From assembly GCA_965649825.1 (NCBI GenBank), contig OZ287699.1, positions 1,535,287 to 1,599,286 of the forward strand: DNA of 64,000 nt, given 5' to 3'. Every line of letters begins with the position of its first letter. Position 1 is the first letter of the stretch. The translations under genes were made by a program, and so were the position numbers. Of the stretch, positions 1 to 12,199 are shown one piece after another. The notes beneath the pieces are model-generated. The model was given only the letters and a program-made list of their open reading frames with translations. It did no database searches and was not told the DNA's origin. Source of the DNA: Penicillus capitatus (taxonomy: Eukaryota; Plantae; Chlorophyta).

Positions 1-3000
1 AGATCACAAGATTCGAGTGTCCACTTACCACAACTATAACAACGGACCTGCCAAGATGAAGTGCTCTTCGGCTTCTGTACAATGACGTTCGTCTTCGAGA
101 CACATGGCATGACGCGCATGCACTTCCGGTATGCGATCTGGCATGTTCCTCTGCGCAATGTCCAAGGCGTCTTCGTATTGACCCAAAGCCAAGGCATGAT
201 CGACAGCCCCGCCGAAGCCGTCAAATTTCTGGAGAATGGAGAAGTTCCCGTTCATGGCCATATTGTAAGCGACCTGCCAATCAAGTGCGTCACATTTGTG
301 TGACGACTGAAAGACAATACCTCGTTGAACGCAGCAGTGTCCCCATGGACCTGGGCAATTCGAACTGTCTCTTCCCACAGCTCTGCAGATCTAAACAGGT
401 AGGTTCAATAGCAAAGCAACCCTTTGTCCTTATGCACTCTCCTCACCGATACATGTCAAGAGCGGACTTCCAGTCATCACCAGACAAGAAGAATTTCTCA
501 GCCTCATTCCATCTCTTCTCTCTCCGCAGCTCTTCGCCAATGTACAGGTAGGTGTGTCGAATGTCCTCCTTGTGATGCAGTTTCACAAACCGTACCAAAG
601 GCAGGTACATCCTGTGCTTCTTGTACATATCAATCACGGCTTGGGCACCGCCATCGATGGTCAGGTAGGCTCGTTCAGCCTCGTCAAAATGCCCTTTCGT
701 CTCCAGATCTGCTCCAAGATTAAGATAATAGGACTAATAACATTGACTGGATGCAGTTTCATTCAGACAAAGTGCATGTACCGTTTGTTCGAGGGGAGGG
801 ATGTGTTCTTCCACCAGCTGTTGCACAGAAGACCAATCTCCACTCGATTGGTACATTTGCACAGCTCCCATGGGATGTTTCGCCAAAAGGTAATGAAGCT
901 CAGCTGGTTTCCATTGACCATGAGATCTGAAACTCTCCGCTAATCTCAAATGTTCATCGCGAAATTCTTCAGCGTCCTGCTCAGAAAGAGTGACTCGTAT
1001 CCACCCAAGTAATGGAAAGATTGAATTAAACAAGACTCTGAAGAAGATCTGACGCTTGTGTGAGATTGTTTGCGAGGATAGATGACTCCACTGCTCTCTT
1101 GGAGTCGCCTGCTTGCACGTAGCGATCAGCAGCTGCTTCATATTGATGCTGAGCAAACAGGGCGTCTCCCCACTGGCGTTCGACGTCAACGAGGGATGCC
1201 GGATCAATGAGACGACACATCTCACTTAGCTTTGAGTGACACTCCGCCCTGCGCATGCCGCGTCTTTACACATTTCCCGTGAATGTAGCGAACAGACCTT
1301 TCGTACATGGCCTTCGCTTCCTCATATCGCTGAAGGCATTTCAAGACGTCTCCAGCCGTCTCAAAATGTCCATCTTTGTCTAAGGATGCCAGAACGGAGA
1401 TGGCCAGATTATCATCGATGCATGCATTGCTGTGCATGACTACCTATACCAAAGCTATAAACTAATGAACAAGCAGCAGCCAAGTCGACAACATGGGCAG
1501 CTTTGGTGGAGTATCCTCCGTTGACATACATCGCAATGGCCGATGAGAAATCCTTCTCTTGTTCTTTGATGCTTGCTGCTTTTGCTTCCTTTCAGGTTAA
1601 GTCATACGTGAGAATCGTTGCTCAAGAAAAGTACCTACCTGGTTGGTCGCCAATAGCCATTCCATATAGGCACGCTTGAGTTGCTTCGTCTCCGGATGGC
1701 GTTTTTGTTCGGCAATTCTGATGAGACAACCATCAGGTGGATAACGACATGCACAACAACACCTGATGGCGTCATCCCATCGATCGAGCGCCTTGTAGAT
1801 TTCAATCAGACGCTTGGCGCCGCCTTCGTGCTTTAGCATTAGAGACTCAGCTGCTTTCCATTCCTTACTCAGCAATAGAATCATCGCCAAAGCCTCCTCA
1901 GAAGCGTACCCCTCCTCCGACACTTCGGCACATGTGATCGCCTGTTGCCATAGATGAACGCAAGGAAAGAAGTCGGATCGCACTTTTTTTAAGTAGGCGA
2001 CGCGGTAAAACTGCCCAATGGCCTCGTAGCACCGAATGGCGCACATAACAGCCGTCTCCCTCAATTCTAGCCGAGACATCGTTTCCAAACTCAACGCTTC
2101 CTGAGCGAGACGCTCCCACTGATAGATGGCATCATTGTTAAGCGTCGAAGTTTCCAATAACGCCACACATTTTTTAAATTCGCATCTCTCAAGGTATCCT
2201 GCTCAACGACACAGTTTCGATCGGAGAAAGCGTTTTTCAGAAATGACTTGAGAAATCGATTGTGGATGTGTCAAACTGAAGGCTTCGAATCCCTGATGAA
2301 TCTTTTATGGCAATATTGGTCCTACACGAGACAAAAGCGCTTTAATGACGAGAAAAAACAAAGAAAACACCACTTCATGTTCTCTCGTTCGATTCCCAGT
2401 ATTTGACTCTCTTCGAGATCAGTGGCGATTTCTTTGGCTTCTCGATCATCGGGAGTGTACCAGACGAATAGAGAGTGATCGTTTTGCGCCAGGATGACAT
2501 CACAATCCGGTATCCATTGAGCATACTGACAGTGCTCCAACAGGAGAACTACCTTTTCATCACGGCCTACCCGATTCTTCCCCTTTTCGAGTGAAGCGAG
2601 AAACAGAGCTCGGCGCTTATCGCGAAACAGCAAATGGGATGCATTGCTATTCACTTCCTAAGCCACAAGACAGCAAGAGAGAGAAATGATGCTGACTGAA
2701 TGGTCGTTTTACGAGCCAGTCGATCCGTCGGTGATGCTCCACGCATTCAAGCGCCTGGTCAGTGTGAAGGTCGTAGATCTGTATGGTCGTGGCATCGCTT
2801 AAATAAGCGAGACGCTTTGCCGTGTCCGTCACCACCAGACTCGCGGCGTAAGGACTCATGGATGCGGCAGGAAAGATGCCGCAGATTTCATGGTGACCGA
2901 ATTCGACGACGTGTATCTCGCCGCTGCAGTAAAGAATACATGCCTGAATGCAGACCATGATCATTGGAGAGTAGTGGCTGCTGGTTCTTTTACCTTATCG

Positions 3001-4566
3001 CCACTGAAACAGAACCGCTCGTGTTGTTGTGGATCGCTCCTCCATGCGATCTCGCTAAGCAAACACGTTTCTAGGTGACCAAGGAGAACCGTTTTAGGCG
3101 TGTGCGCGACAATGAATTTATCGTGGTGTATTTTCGTATCGAGAATCTCTAACCCCTTGATGGATTTCAGTATCAGCCGAGACCCAGTGACCATGCTCTT
3201 GACAATCACCTGAGCGAATGCCACACAATTACGAGATGAGTTGTCTTGACAATGAAACGACCGAGCTGTGGTTAATATGTGTAAACTCAAATGTCTTTGA
3301 ATGGATGTACTTGCGCAAATAGACGTCGAGCAGTTCCACACCTCCCGCGCCTGTGCCGATGGCGATCTTGGATCCGTCTTCTTTCCATGCAAGGCAGGTG
3401 ACTGGAGAAAGATTTTGAATCTGCAAGACGGAGCAATGGCCTCGTGTTGCACTGTCGTTTAGACAAACCGTTTGTTTGACAACTCTTGTCCACGTTTTGG
3501 ATATCTGATCGCGGCACAGAATGGACAGGGTGTCCATGCCAGTAAGAATGGCTGTATCCCCGACCGAACTGAAACAGGCAGTGTTGTACATTTCTTGTGC
3601 CTCTTTCCCGCCCATCTCCGTCAATTGACAGCCCCCGAAATCGTAAAACACTGCCTGACCAGTCACATCGTCGATCGATTTCGTGACACGTTTCACGGTG
3701 ACTGGCCTTATGATCCAAACCGATGACGACAAGACACTGACCACAGGAAGATGCTCGCGGGATGCAGTGGTGTTGCGTTATCTGCTGAAATCTATACGCC
3801 GTCGTCGTTTCGTCTCTGACTGCCTTTTCTACCGTCCCGTTCAACAAGACGACCTGAGAACGAGCGTCGTTGTTTGTTCAGCAATCGACCCTACTTACGA
3901 AAACGAGAGAAATGCCACAGTTGACGACAATGTGAATGGCCTCGACCGGTATCTCCGGCGACGATACATGGATCTGCGCACTCTTGTTTCCCGTCGTAAT
4001 CCCTGATCGAATGACGCCGTCGATCCCTCCGTAGTAAAGTGTGTCTGGCGAAGAACGCGGCCAAGTAAGTGCCGTGATCGACGAAGTGCTCTGGAACTTA
4101 TTGCAAATCGCCTTCTTCGTCCCCCAGTCCTCTCCTAGCCTAAGGAGTTCGCAAGTCCACAATCCTGCAAGCTGCCTCTGTTTACCGATAGACGAAGACG
4201 CAGTTATCGCTCTGCGCGACAGCGAGCTTTGTCGAATCCGGACTGAAAGCCAATGCCCGTATGGAATAGACGGCGGCTGCGTTTGTTCCCAGCGCCTTTG
4301 TCTTGAACTTGTCTTTCTTCTCGCCTGGACACCAAGACACTCGAAACACCGAAACCGACTCCTGACGTCGTCTGCCTTGCTCGTCAAACAGGTAGACGAT
4401 ACGGTCCGCTTTCGCCACAGCGAGTTTCAAACTGCACCCGATTGCCGATTTCATCGACAGTGGCGGACAAATTGGTGGTTGACTTGTTGGGTGACCAGGC
4501 GATTGCCCAGACGACATGCAGTTCGGTCTTCGGTGCGATGACAGTATTCAGATGCCGTAACTGCAT
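1..4566 (-). CDS. IFT172: Intraflagellar transport protein 172 (multi-exon, runs off the left edge of the window)
   Basis: Start MQLRHLNTVIAP..AIAWSPN|LKLAVAKADRIVYLFDEQG..DKFKTKA..IRALAFSPDSTKLAVAQSDNCVFVYR|LGEDWGTKKAICNKF matches the IFT172 WD40 N-terminus. TPR-like exons follow (ERQWGDALFAQHQYEAAADRYVQAG). The GT-AG introns I checked restore frame. Coordinates span exons and introns. Confidence 0.92.
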
Positions 4567-4704
4567 CGTCGACTAAAACGAAAGACGCACGCAAAGGCGA
4601 CGGTCTAAAGTCAACGTAAGGACGGTATCACTCAACGCCAAACGATTTTGCACGTGATGTAGTGTCCATCCAACAACACACGTCTAAAGGACTGCTCCTC
4701 GATG

Positions 4705-5476
4705 TCATAGTTCTACATGAGGAGCAGCGGAGCCGTCACATGCTTTTGCCAGACGCAGGCAGAGAACATCCACGAGCTCTGCAAAAGAAGACCAGGCAGT
4801 GTCCATCGACTGCTCGTATTGCCACACAACTGGAGCACCTGTCGTTTCATCAAAGCCATTCTGAATCGCCTCAACCAGGTCATCCTCGTGGTCCTCTATC
4901 AAACGGCCGCAGTAAGCACTCAGTTCCTTGTGTCTTCCTTTCTCCTCTTCTTTGCTCATCTCTATGACACACCCAGTCATTTCAGACGATGTTCTGACGG
5001 TGTTTCCTCACGAAAACTGATTTCTCTCGAAGCCTTGACATGGACCCAACCCAACTTCAATGGCGATCCGTCATTTGGATTACGGTAGCCCCAAGTGTAA
5101 CTCCGGCAAACATCACACAAATCTTCCAGAAGCTCAATCATACGCAGCTCACTCAGTCTGCAGTCCACAGGAAACAGCCATCACACTCCATACCTTACTG
5201 AGTCTTAGATATCTTGTATGGACCTGTATTCGATCACCTTTCCGTGACGTTTTCCAGATGGGTCTAGTCGGTGACGCATGTCGATATGGTTGCGCGGCCC
5301 TTCGGCCTCCAGACGTGCTATCAACTCCTTCTAGAAGGAACACCAGAATCTGTGGTGAAGACAGACAAGCTGCTTACGGCAACAATTCTGCACGCTTCGC
5401 ATTTGTCTTCGATGGAGACGACGGAGGGGCTGAGATGCAGAAGCAGCACAAGCAATGCGGCGACGGTAACACACAT
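4705..5476 (-). CDS. Canopy/CNPY-like (DUF3456, saposin-fold) ER protein, 4 exons
   Basis: Spliced product MCVTVAALLVLLLHLSPSVVSIEDKCEACRIVA|KELIARLEAEGPRNHIDMRHRLDPSGKRHGKVIEYR|LSELRMIELLEDLC...CGRLIEDHEDDL...C..PHVEL*. It has a signal peptide, the CxxC motif, the plant-type PRNHxDMRHRLD motif and an HDEL-like C-terminus. Confidence 0.85.
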
Positions 5477-6081
5477 TGGCACTGGACTCAGCCAGATTTA
5501 CATCAAAGCGCTGCTATAAATTTTGTTTGTGTGTTCGCCTTCGATGCTCAGAGAAAGGACGTCGAGACTCTTGATGAACGCATTTCGTGCGATATGCGGT
5601 ACGGTGATATGTCTTGGTCTCCCTTCTTCCGCGTTTAAAGGGATTATTATCAACCCTTTTGCGATAAAGAAGATCTTTCACGTTGGTTGGCATATCTTGC
5701 CTACGGAGACAGGAAAAATGCGCGTACACGACGACGTGTCATGGCACCGAATACACTGGTCGATGAGTACGACTGACTGCCCTCAGGAAGTTGAGCAATT
5801 CTGTCAGCTGCATAGCGAGCCGCCAGTCAAGATATTCCACTGGATCGCAGTCTGGGGATGACCAGATCTTGGACACCAAATCTGTCAACAGTGTTTCTTC
5901 GGTGGCTTCTGGGATTCCCAGAGGATGCTTCGTTGCTGTGTTGTGTAGATGAAGACTTTAAATCGTTCAGCAAATCGCAGAAATCACTGCACAGAGTGCG
6001 GAATTTTGAAGAGAAAAGTACTCGATTCGCAGACGCCGAGAGAAGGGTAAGGCAGCCACTGTGGTCGGCACGATGCGGTTA

Positions 6082-6187
6082 GTGGTGGATCAGGATCATA
6101 CGGTCCGCAGCCGCGGTGGTGGATCAGGATCATACGGTCCGCAGCCGCGGTGGTGGATCAGGATCATACGGTCTGCAGCCGCGGTGG
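6082..6187. repeat. 34-bp tandem repeat, 3.1 copies, inside imperfect inverted arms (6046-6066 / 6190-6214)
   Basis: Unit GTGGTGGATCAGGATCATACGGTCCGCAGCCGCG starts at 6082, 6116 and 6150, with one substitution in copy 3. Confidence 0.95.
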
Positions 6188-6260
6188 CCAGCACGGTGGC
6201 TGCAAACCGTACCCACTATTTATTGAGACTTCGCGTGGCATTTGTCAGACAGACATCGAA

Positions 6261-6794
6261 ATGGCAAATCGATCGACGCGTGCGCAAGACCGCATAACCC
6301 CTGAACAGTCTCACCTGTTAAACGAAGAGATCGCAGAATGCCGCGATCTCCATCGTTTTTTAACAAAACGATCCGCGAGTTCGACTTGCGCCTTTCGCAA
6401 GGCACACGCAACATCGAGGGGAGAGAAGAATTTTTTACACGACCATGTACGTGCTGACAATGCACAAGAACTCTGCTAACTTCTTTTTAGTCGTCCTTAG
6501 GTCAGAAGAACCTGCTCGAAGAGTGACGGAGACATATGTTGACAGTGTACGTTCAGCGATGAAGGCGCTTGAAGCTAGATTAGGCCGAATCAAGGCCGTT
6601 CTGGATGCCAGCCCCGCATTGGCCGATTCGATAGAGGCCAGCGCAGACCGTAAGATGTTGGAAGTTTGTTCGAAATAACGGAAGAGATAAAGATTATGGA
6701 CGCCGAAATCCAGAAGAAGACTGCCGCTGTGGATGCCCTTGTCAATAAGGCTCAAGGGGCTATGGACCATTTCTTTAAAGGCGTTGGAATGTAA
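6261..6794 (+). pseudogene. Unknown two-exon coiled-coil family member 'G' (two 1-nt homopolymer frameshifts)
   Basis: Exon 1 6261-6446, phase-1 intron 6447-6490, exon 2 6491-6794. Restoring one T (run at 6356-6361) and one A (~6673-6675) gives MANRSTR..ITPEQSHLLNEEIAECRDLHRFFNKTIREFDLRLSQGTRNIEGREEFFTRP|FVLR..RRVTETYVD..AMDHFFKGVGM*, colinear with member H. TATTTATT is at 6217 and TGTAA overlaps the stop. Confidence 0.75.
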
Positions 6795-7299
6795 GACAAT
6801 TGTGTAAGCCAAATAACATCTGCATCTCCCAATATCGCTCTGTTACCAAACGCACAGTCTCCCGATATTCGCGCTCTTAGAACACGATCTGCATTGGCAG
6901 CCGACAGATGTGACGTGACGTATACGCCCATCAAGGCAGACATCTACTCAATAAGGCAATGGAAGAAGACAACAAAAAAGAATTTGAAGAAGGGTGACAG
7001 GTATTGGCTGACATGAAATTGCAAACAGTTTGGTACATATGGACAGTGGGAGCAGCAGAAAGGTTCTCTGCATTTCAGATTGAGTACTCTGGCGCTTCAG
7101 CAATCGGCCATTTCTCCAAGGCTTCGTCATCATCTATTGTCGAATCAACCACAGAATGCTTGCACATGAAAACACAGTCACGGCGAAACAGGAAAGAACC
7201 ATATCGATGACGCACATGTCCAGACTCTTCCCTTGCAGTCATTTCCTCATCGTTCTCTTCTGTCTCAGCGCTGCCTCTTCTTTGCGACAAAGAGGGTTC

Positions 7300-8400
7300 A
7301 GAGTTTGATATTGTTTTGACGAGCCAAAAGGGTGAAGAGATTTGCAGAATCGAACGATTTGAAGCAAAAGCGATGCGACTGCAGAAGCAGACAACATCTT
7401 ATAGCCATCTTACAGAGATCGTCTATGAACCAGAGTCGCTCGTAGATGTGCCGATTTGCCAAGCAGAGTCAGAGACATGTAGTTCTGGATGGAAACGCGT
7501 CAGGAAGAGCCGTCGATGGTAGGCCACTGTCCTGGGTCTTCTGCAGACATGGAGAGTGCGATCATCTTCTGGCGGTATTCGGATGGTGTTCCCGTCTATA
7601 GATGGAGTTCCATCTTCTCTCTGGTCGGCAATGAAGAACATCAAGCAGAAATTCCGTCAAAGACCAATGAGGCATCAGCATTGCTCTGTACACCTCGCTC
7701 AGCAGAGGACGTCATGAACGATGACGTCTGCTCACATAGATGACATAAACGGTCATCGAATGGAAGAGAATCTGTCGAGATCTGCCAAACTGCGAGATGC
7801 CCCTCTGCACGATGTCCCACAACATTTGCAGCTCTTTCCTCAACTATGCGGGAACTTAAGAATTTTGTCCCGCTTCCCATTACACCTTCCTGCAAAGAAA
7901 GAGATTTGACTTTGGCTGTCAAAGCGATTGGCATCAGTTTCAGAGGCGTGCTCAATGTTGTGGGAATGTACGTACCCTAGAGATCTTAACCCTCCAAGAG
8001 GAGACAGTGCTGGGCGCATCACGCATTCAAATGATCGTTCTCACACAGGTGATGCTGTAATTGGCCTGGCTGCTGAAAGACTCGGATCTCATGTCGTCTG
8101 TCCCGGAATGACATTGGCGTCCATTTCCTCAACTATGTCCTTCGCAGAGGCAGCCATCTGTCCAACCGTCTACATCACAGTCGACATGGCACTACTCAAA
8201 TGCTCTGAGATGCAGCATGGGGAATCTTACTGGTCCACGGAGCGACAGGAGGCGTCGGGATGGCAGCTTTGCAGGTTATTCCGTCTAAACGGCAAGGGTA
8301 ATCGCCACTGCAGGATCTCCTTAGAAGAGGCACGTGCTGCGTACCATGGGAATGGACACAATGCTCAATTCACGATCCGTCGATTTCTGTGAAGGCAGAG
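7300..8400 (+). pseudogene. Type I PKS fragment (linker + enoyl-reductase domain), frameshifted
   Basis: LAVKAIGISFRGVLNVVGMY/PRDLNPPRGDSAG..GDAVIGLAAERLGSHVVC..SFAEAAICPTVYITVDMAL is a degenerate PKS ER motif set. Confidence 0.75.
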
Positions 8401-8649
8401 AATCCGTTCAGTTCTGGCAGCCAATGTGCCACTGGCTGATGCGCTAGAGACGCCACTCGGCGACTCTGTTCTTCCCTTTCGCCACCCATTGCTCTTTTCA
8501 TTGATCGCATCGTTGATGGGATCTCCTGCGTAATCCAACTACAATGCTGCAAATGAATGGTTGCATGCCGTGGTTGTGAGATCTAAGCACAGGGGATGCT
8601 GCGGTACCAGTGTTCAGTGGGGGTGCTTGGAGAGGCGCTGGTGTGGCGA

Positions 8650-8990
8650 TGCGAATGAAGAGACGTCTGGAACGCATGCGACTCTCACTCATCACACCTA
8701 CTGCTGGTCTGCCTGCCCTCGAAGGCATTCTGAATCCACAAACATCACTGTCTGCCTGCTACTGCTGCATTCCTTTATCTGGGAGAGATTCATGGCAGAG
8801 AACCGTGCGGATCCCTTCTTCTCAAACTATGTCGCACAGAAAATCGCCGATATCGAAGAAAAGAAAGAGACGGTGGATGATTCGTTGCCAGAGATCGATG
8901 CTGATTAGATTGGACCTATGGTCACAAATGTCATGGAGGGTGCCTTTGAGTAGGCTCATAATCGCAGAAAGTCCCTTGGACAGTTTTTTG
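8650..8990 (+). pseudogene. Possible degenerate member 'I' of the coiled-coil family
   Basis: DPFFSNYVAQKIADIEEKKETVDDSLPEI resembles C (DAFNKVAQRIEHLEK) and H (KEKTKTVEDSLSKI). In-frame TAG stops follow. Confidence 0.35.
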
Positions 8991-9184
8991 ATCTATTAAA
9001 CTTCACCAAGTTTAGTATTGTGAAATCGCGTCTCGGGCCCATGACGAATGACACACTCGACGCCCAGACGACTCTCGCTTACAGATGATACCCAAAACGT
9101 TTGACACAGGTAAACGCACGGACCGATTACGATACGATACAACTGTTCGGTTTCCTCCTTTATTATTTGCCGCCAATCGTCTTC

Positions 9185-9384
9185 TTATTCGCATGTTATT
9201 CTTCTTGAAATACGGTCGGGTTCACAAGTATACAAAGCATCTATAGATCCTTCGAGGAGCTCCAAACTAGAATACAAGTGCTTGTGATCGACTTCAATCT
9301 GTTGATACATTGTTTTTACAGCCTCCATTGATCGGCGGAGGCCATCAACCGCCTCTTGAATCAGCTGGGTGCAGTATTCTTTGC
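9185..9384 (-). pseudogene. C-terminal part of coiled-coil family member 'A'
   Basis: RRSMEAVKTMYQQIEVDHKHLYSSLELL aligns with C (KESLAEAEAKYEAIEAESEDLEASVRFL). It is joined to a truncated ~200-bp element. Confidence 0.45.
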
Positions 9385-9543
9385 GGCTTCCTGATGGGAC
9401 AGCGGTCCGAGGGTGCCGAGGGTACTTGACCGACCGGACTCGCCATGCAATCAGTCTTAGCTTCGACTCGACACAGTTTTCCTCCGCCTTCGCACACGCG
9501 TTGGCGCGCACGCGGCGCGCCAGAGTCAGACGAATCCCCGTCA
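9385..9543 (-). mobile_element. ~200-bp TG...CA element (probable solo LTR), copy A, one end deleted
   Basis: Starts TGACGGGG on the minus strand and is colinear with copies D/E up to CCCATCAGGAAGC, where similarity stops. Confidence 0.8.
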
Positions 9544-9779
9544 GGAACTGGCTCTCTTTCTGTTCGAACAAACAGGTAGACGTCGTCAATAAGCACACGA
9601 CTGGATTAGTCCTCGCGTCCTCTGCGACGGAAATTGTGTTTCTCTCCGTTTCGACAAACGGGTCGACGTCGTCCATAAACACACGACTGCTATGGCCTCG
9701 TCGCGTTTATACGACGGTTCCTTGCAATCTCCTACTACATTGATGAAATCATAAACGGTTTGATGCATTCAATAGACGG

Positions 9780-10400
9780 TTCGATGCATTCAATGAACCG
9801 TAGAGTATTCCGGGCGATGTCAAGGATCGGGCTCATAGGGCCACAGACTCTGAGATCTTCTGCAAAAGAGACGTCTCTTGAATTGAAGACTGAAGAGATT
9901 CCGGCCAGTCTTCGCAGATTGTGTGTTTTCTTGGGCCTTCTGCCATCGTAAATATCTTCAGTCTATTGAAACTGGCTAATTCAACAAAAGGCCTATCCCA
10001 CTCCTCCAGCTGCAGAATGCACCAACATGGCATCACCTTTGCTGAATGTCTCGACACGGTGCAGATCTGTATCGACAGTGATGAAGACAGTGGTAACCGT
10101 CGCTGCTTGGCATGGTGACATTGTAGTGCGGGAGGTGACCACATGAGATCCAAGACAGCCAGCTGCCAGTCCAAAACAGCCTCTCCACGCCTTTGCCTGT
10201 GGCACTGATCCCCGAACAGTCACCTTTAGGAGGACTTGGGTCGCCAGGGTACATCCCCGAGATTTTCAACGCATCTCTAAAATTCACACCAACGGCCTTG
10301 ATTTCCACCAGCAAAACATCCGGGTCAACAGGCGTCTGGGTGTCTAAGGCCTGAGGGAAGAGATTCTATAATGCTCCCCATGGACTGGGAAGAAGTTAAA
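9780..10400 (-). pseudogene. Type I PKS enoyl-reductase fragment, frameshifted with stops
   Basis: LVEIKAVGVNFRDALKISGMYPGDPSPPKGDCSG / CFGLAAGCLGSHVVTS..TTVFITVD..GDAMLVHSAAGGVG*. Confidence 0.85.
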
Positions 10401-10959
10401 ATGCAGATGTGGAAGGTCGAAGATCGTGGATGACAAGTCTCGGGACATAACAAACATCTGCAGCCGATTTCAGACGATAGCTATCGAAATGCACATTGTC
10501 CCGATGCTCCAAGAGAGAGATCCCCGAAGGAGTGTCGGATTTTTCAATTGCGGTCGACTGGATGGGCATCCGTGCACATTCTTAAATCACGAGTCGAAGC
10601 AATCCATCAATACCACTCTGATTCTCTCTCCCGCTGAGGACGATTCCATGTTCCTTTGTCGGACATACTTTGTGTGGGAGTTGTAGACATCGTCGTGGTT
10701 CATGAAGCGTGAAGTGCTGGAAGTTGGGCGACTGACGTCTCTCAGGAAAACTGCTGGAGACCCATTCCGCATGATACAAAAGATCTCTCGATGACCTTCC
10801 TTCTACCTTGCCTCCACGTTGACAGCTGTGGCTGTCGTCGATTTCATTCCCACACAGACCTCTGTCCTGCCATTGTGGAAGATTTCCAGATCCCTATACA
10901 GACTGCGACGCGATGGATCAGATTTCTTCAATTTTTCTGCGTGACTGTAGATCTGTGTC

Positions 10960-11960
10960 GGAGGTTCTGTTGATCCGTTCAGTGAAAACCGTCGAATCGA
11001 GTCTGCAAAATGCATACGCTTGGTTGTTCTGTTTCTGGTGAGCGTGTGGGTAACGGTTGGCTTTCAGGTTACGTAGGGGATATTCCTTCAAACCTTCCGA
11101 CTCCTGTTCTCTCATACTGCAGCCCGGAAGACCTTCAGAGAATTGAAGATAAGACAATGTTCCGTCGACTGTCTAAATGTCTTTCGGGTCTCATTCGCTG
11201 TGTCTTAGGGAAAAATCAGGCAGAGATATCCGTTGGGATACCTGGAAGATCTGGAAGCGCATGTACGTCTCGAAATATGGAAACCCCAATCCGGATGAGG
11301 TACCGTTCGTCCACAACACATCTTTCTATGGTGTGGCGACGTGACAGGTTCCCGAACTGAGGGAATTGCCAGAAAAATCGGTGGATTTAGATAACCTGCC
11401 AGAACACTTAGGTACTGCATTGCTGTTCTGCACAGTCAGCCAGATGACGGATTTGAGAGTGTAGGTGACTATCGAGCTCTGTACGAACGCAAAGTGCAAC
11501 AGACAGATGCCCAAAGGGCAAAATTGACAGAGAGACTAAGTGATGGGGGTACACCAACGGTTCTGGCCCCGCGGACCGGACACGCTGTCCGCTTCCTGAT
11601 GGGACGGCGGTCCGCGGGTGCCGACGGGTATAAAGCTGACGTCACGTCCTGCCTGTAGCATTTGCATTTGCTCAGGTTCGTCCCTCCGCTTCGCCGTGGC
11701 GCGTGCGCGCGACGCGGTGCGTCTTTCGTTTGGCATCTCCGTCACTAAGAAAACTGAAGGAAGAACAAGAGCTGTCCAGAGAAGAGACAAAAGCTAAAGT
11801 GACAGCGTCCTCCAGTGACCACAAGCTCTTCAAAACAATATCTGTTGCAGAGAATCGACAAGATCGTGCCCAAAAAGCGACGTCCGCGACGTTTTCGTCC
11901 GCAAAGTTCTACAACGCCTGCTACTAGTTGCAAGAGCTCTACTGGTAGATGCACTCCAGC
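10960..11960 (+). CDS. Elongin-A-domain protein (multi-exon), coding exon interrupted by the ~200-bp element; boundaries approximate
   Basis: YVGDIPSNLPTPVLSYCSPEDLQRIEDKT|..WDTWKIWKRMY..|GDYRALYERKVQQTDAQRAKLTERL[insertion]RKLKEEQE follows the Elongin A (SIII A3) motif pattern. Confidence 0.6.
11541..11744 (-). mobile_element. ~200-bp TG...CA element (probable solo LTR), copy B, 204 bp
   Basis: Ends TGATGGGG / CTCCGTCA are flanked by a perfect 5-bp duplication CTAAG (11536-11540, 11745-11749). Near-identical to copy C in the opposite orientation. Confidence 0.9.
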
Positions 11961-12199
11961 CATCTCGTGACAAGGAAGGTGGTTTATATATTGATGCTCT
12001 GTAGGGGTTTCCGCCAAGGAATTCTATGAGAAACTTGGTCTGTGTAAGAAGAGCAAACCAATCTTCAAACGCAGGTAAGGTGATGTTGTTAGAGAGGCGG
12101 TTGAAGTCGTGGGGTGGTGTCTTTGCAGATGAGGTATACTCGTTTTTTTGATCTGACCTTTGCGCGAACATCCATTTGCGATGTTTTAGTTTCAACCAT

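Noticed and set aside
6350-6365. Programmed -1 frameshift at T TTT TTA (HIV-type slippery heptamer) in gene G
   Set aside because: The -1 frame does match H, but paralogues need no shift and G has a second 1-nt homopolymer loss in exon 2. Decay or a consensus error is simpler.
5640-7290. Minus-strand host gene interrupted by cassette G
   Set aside because: Exon-like stretches exist (LTDLVSKIWSSPDCDPVEYLDWRLAMQL..), but I could not identify the product, link the two sides or find a TSD.
6661-8990. TAA/TAG-to-Gln reassignment (known in some ulvophytes) explaining in-frame stops
   Set aside because: Homologous G and H both end at TAA, the apparent TAA in G is resolved by a frameshift, and the intact genes and LINE ORFs read through without needing reassignment.
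11575-11635. Hammerhead ribozyme in the ~200-bp element (CTGATG next to stems)
   Set aside because: A9 and the GAAA/UH core elements are absent on both strands.
11540-11749. Introner-type clean intron creation by the ~200-bp element
   Set aside because: The GT..AG span is 210 nt versus 209 inserted, and copies C and D offer no precise splice pair either.
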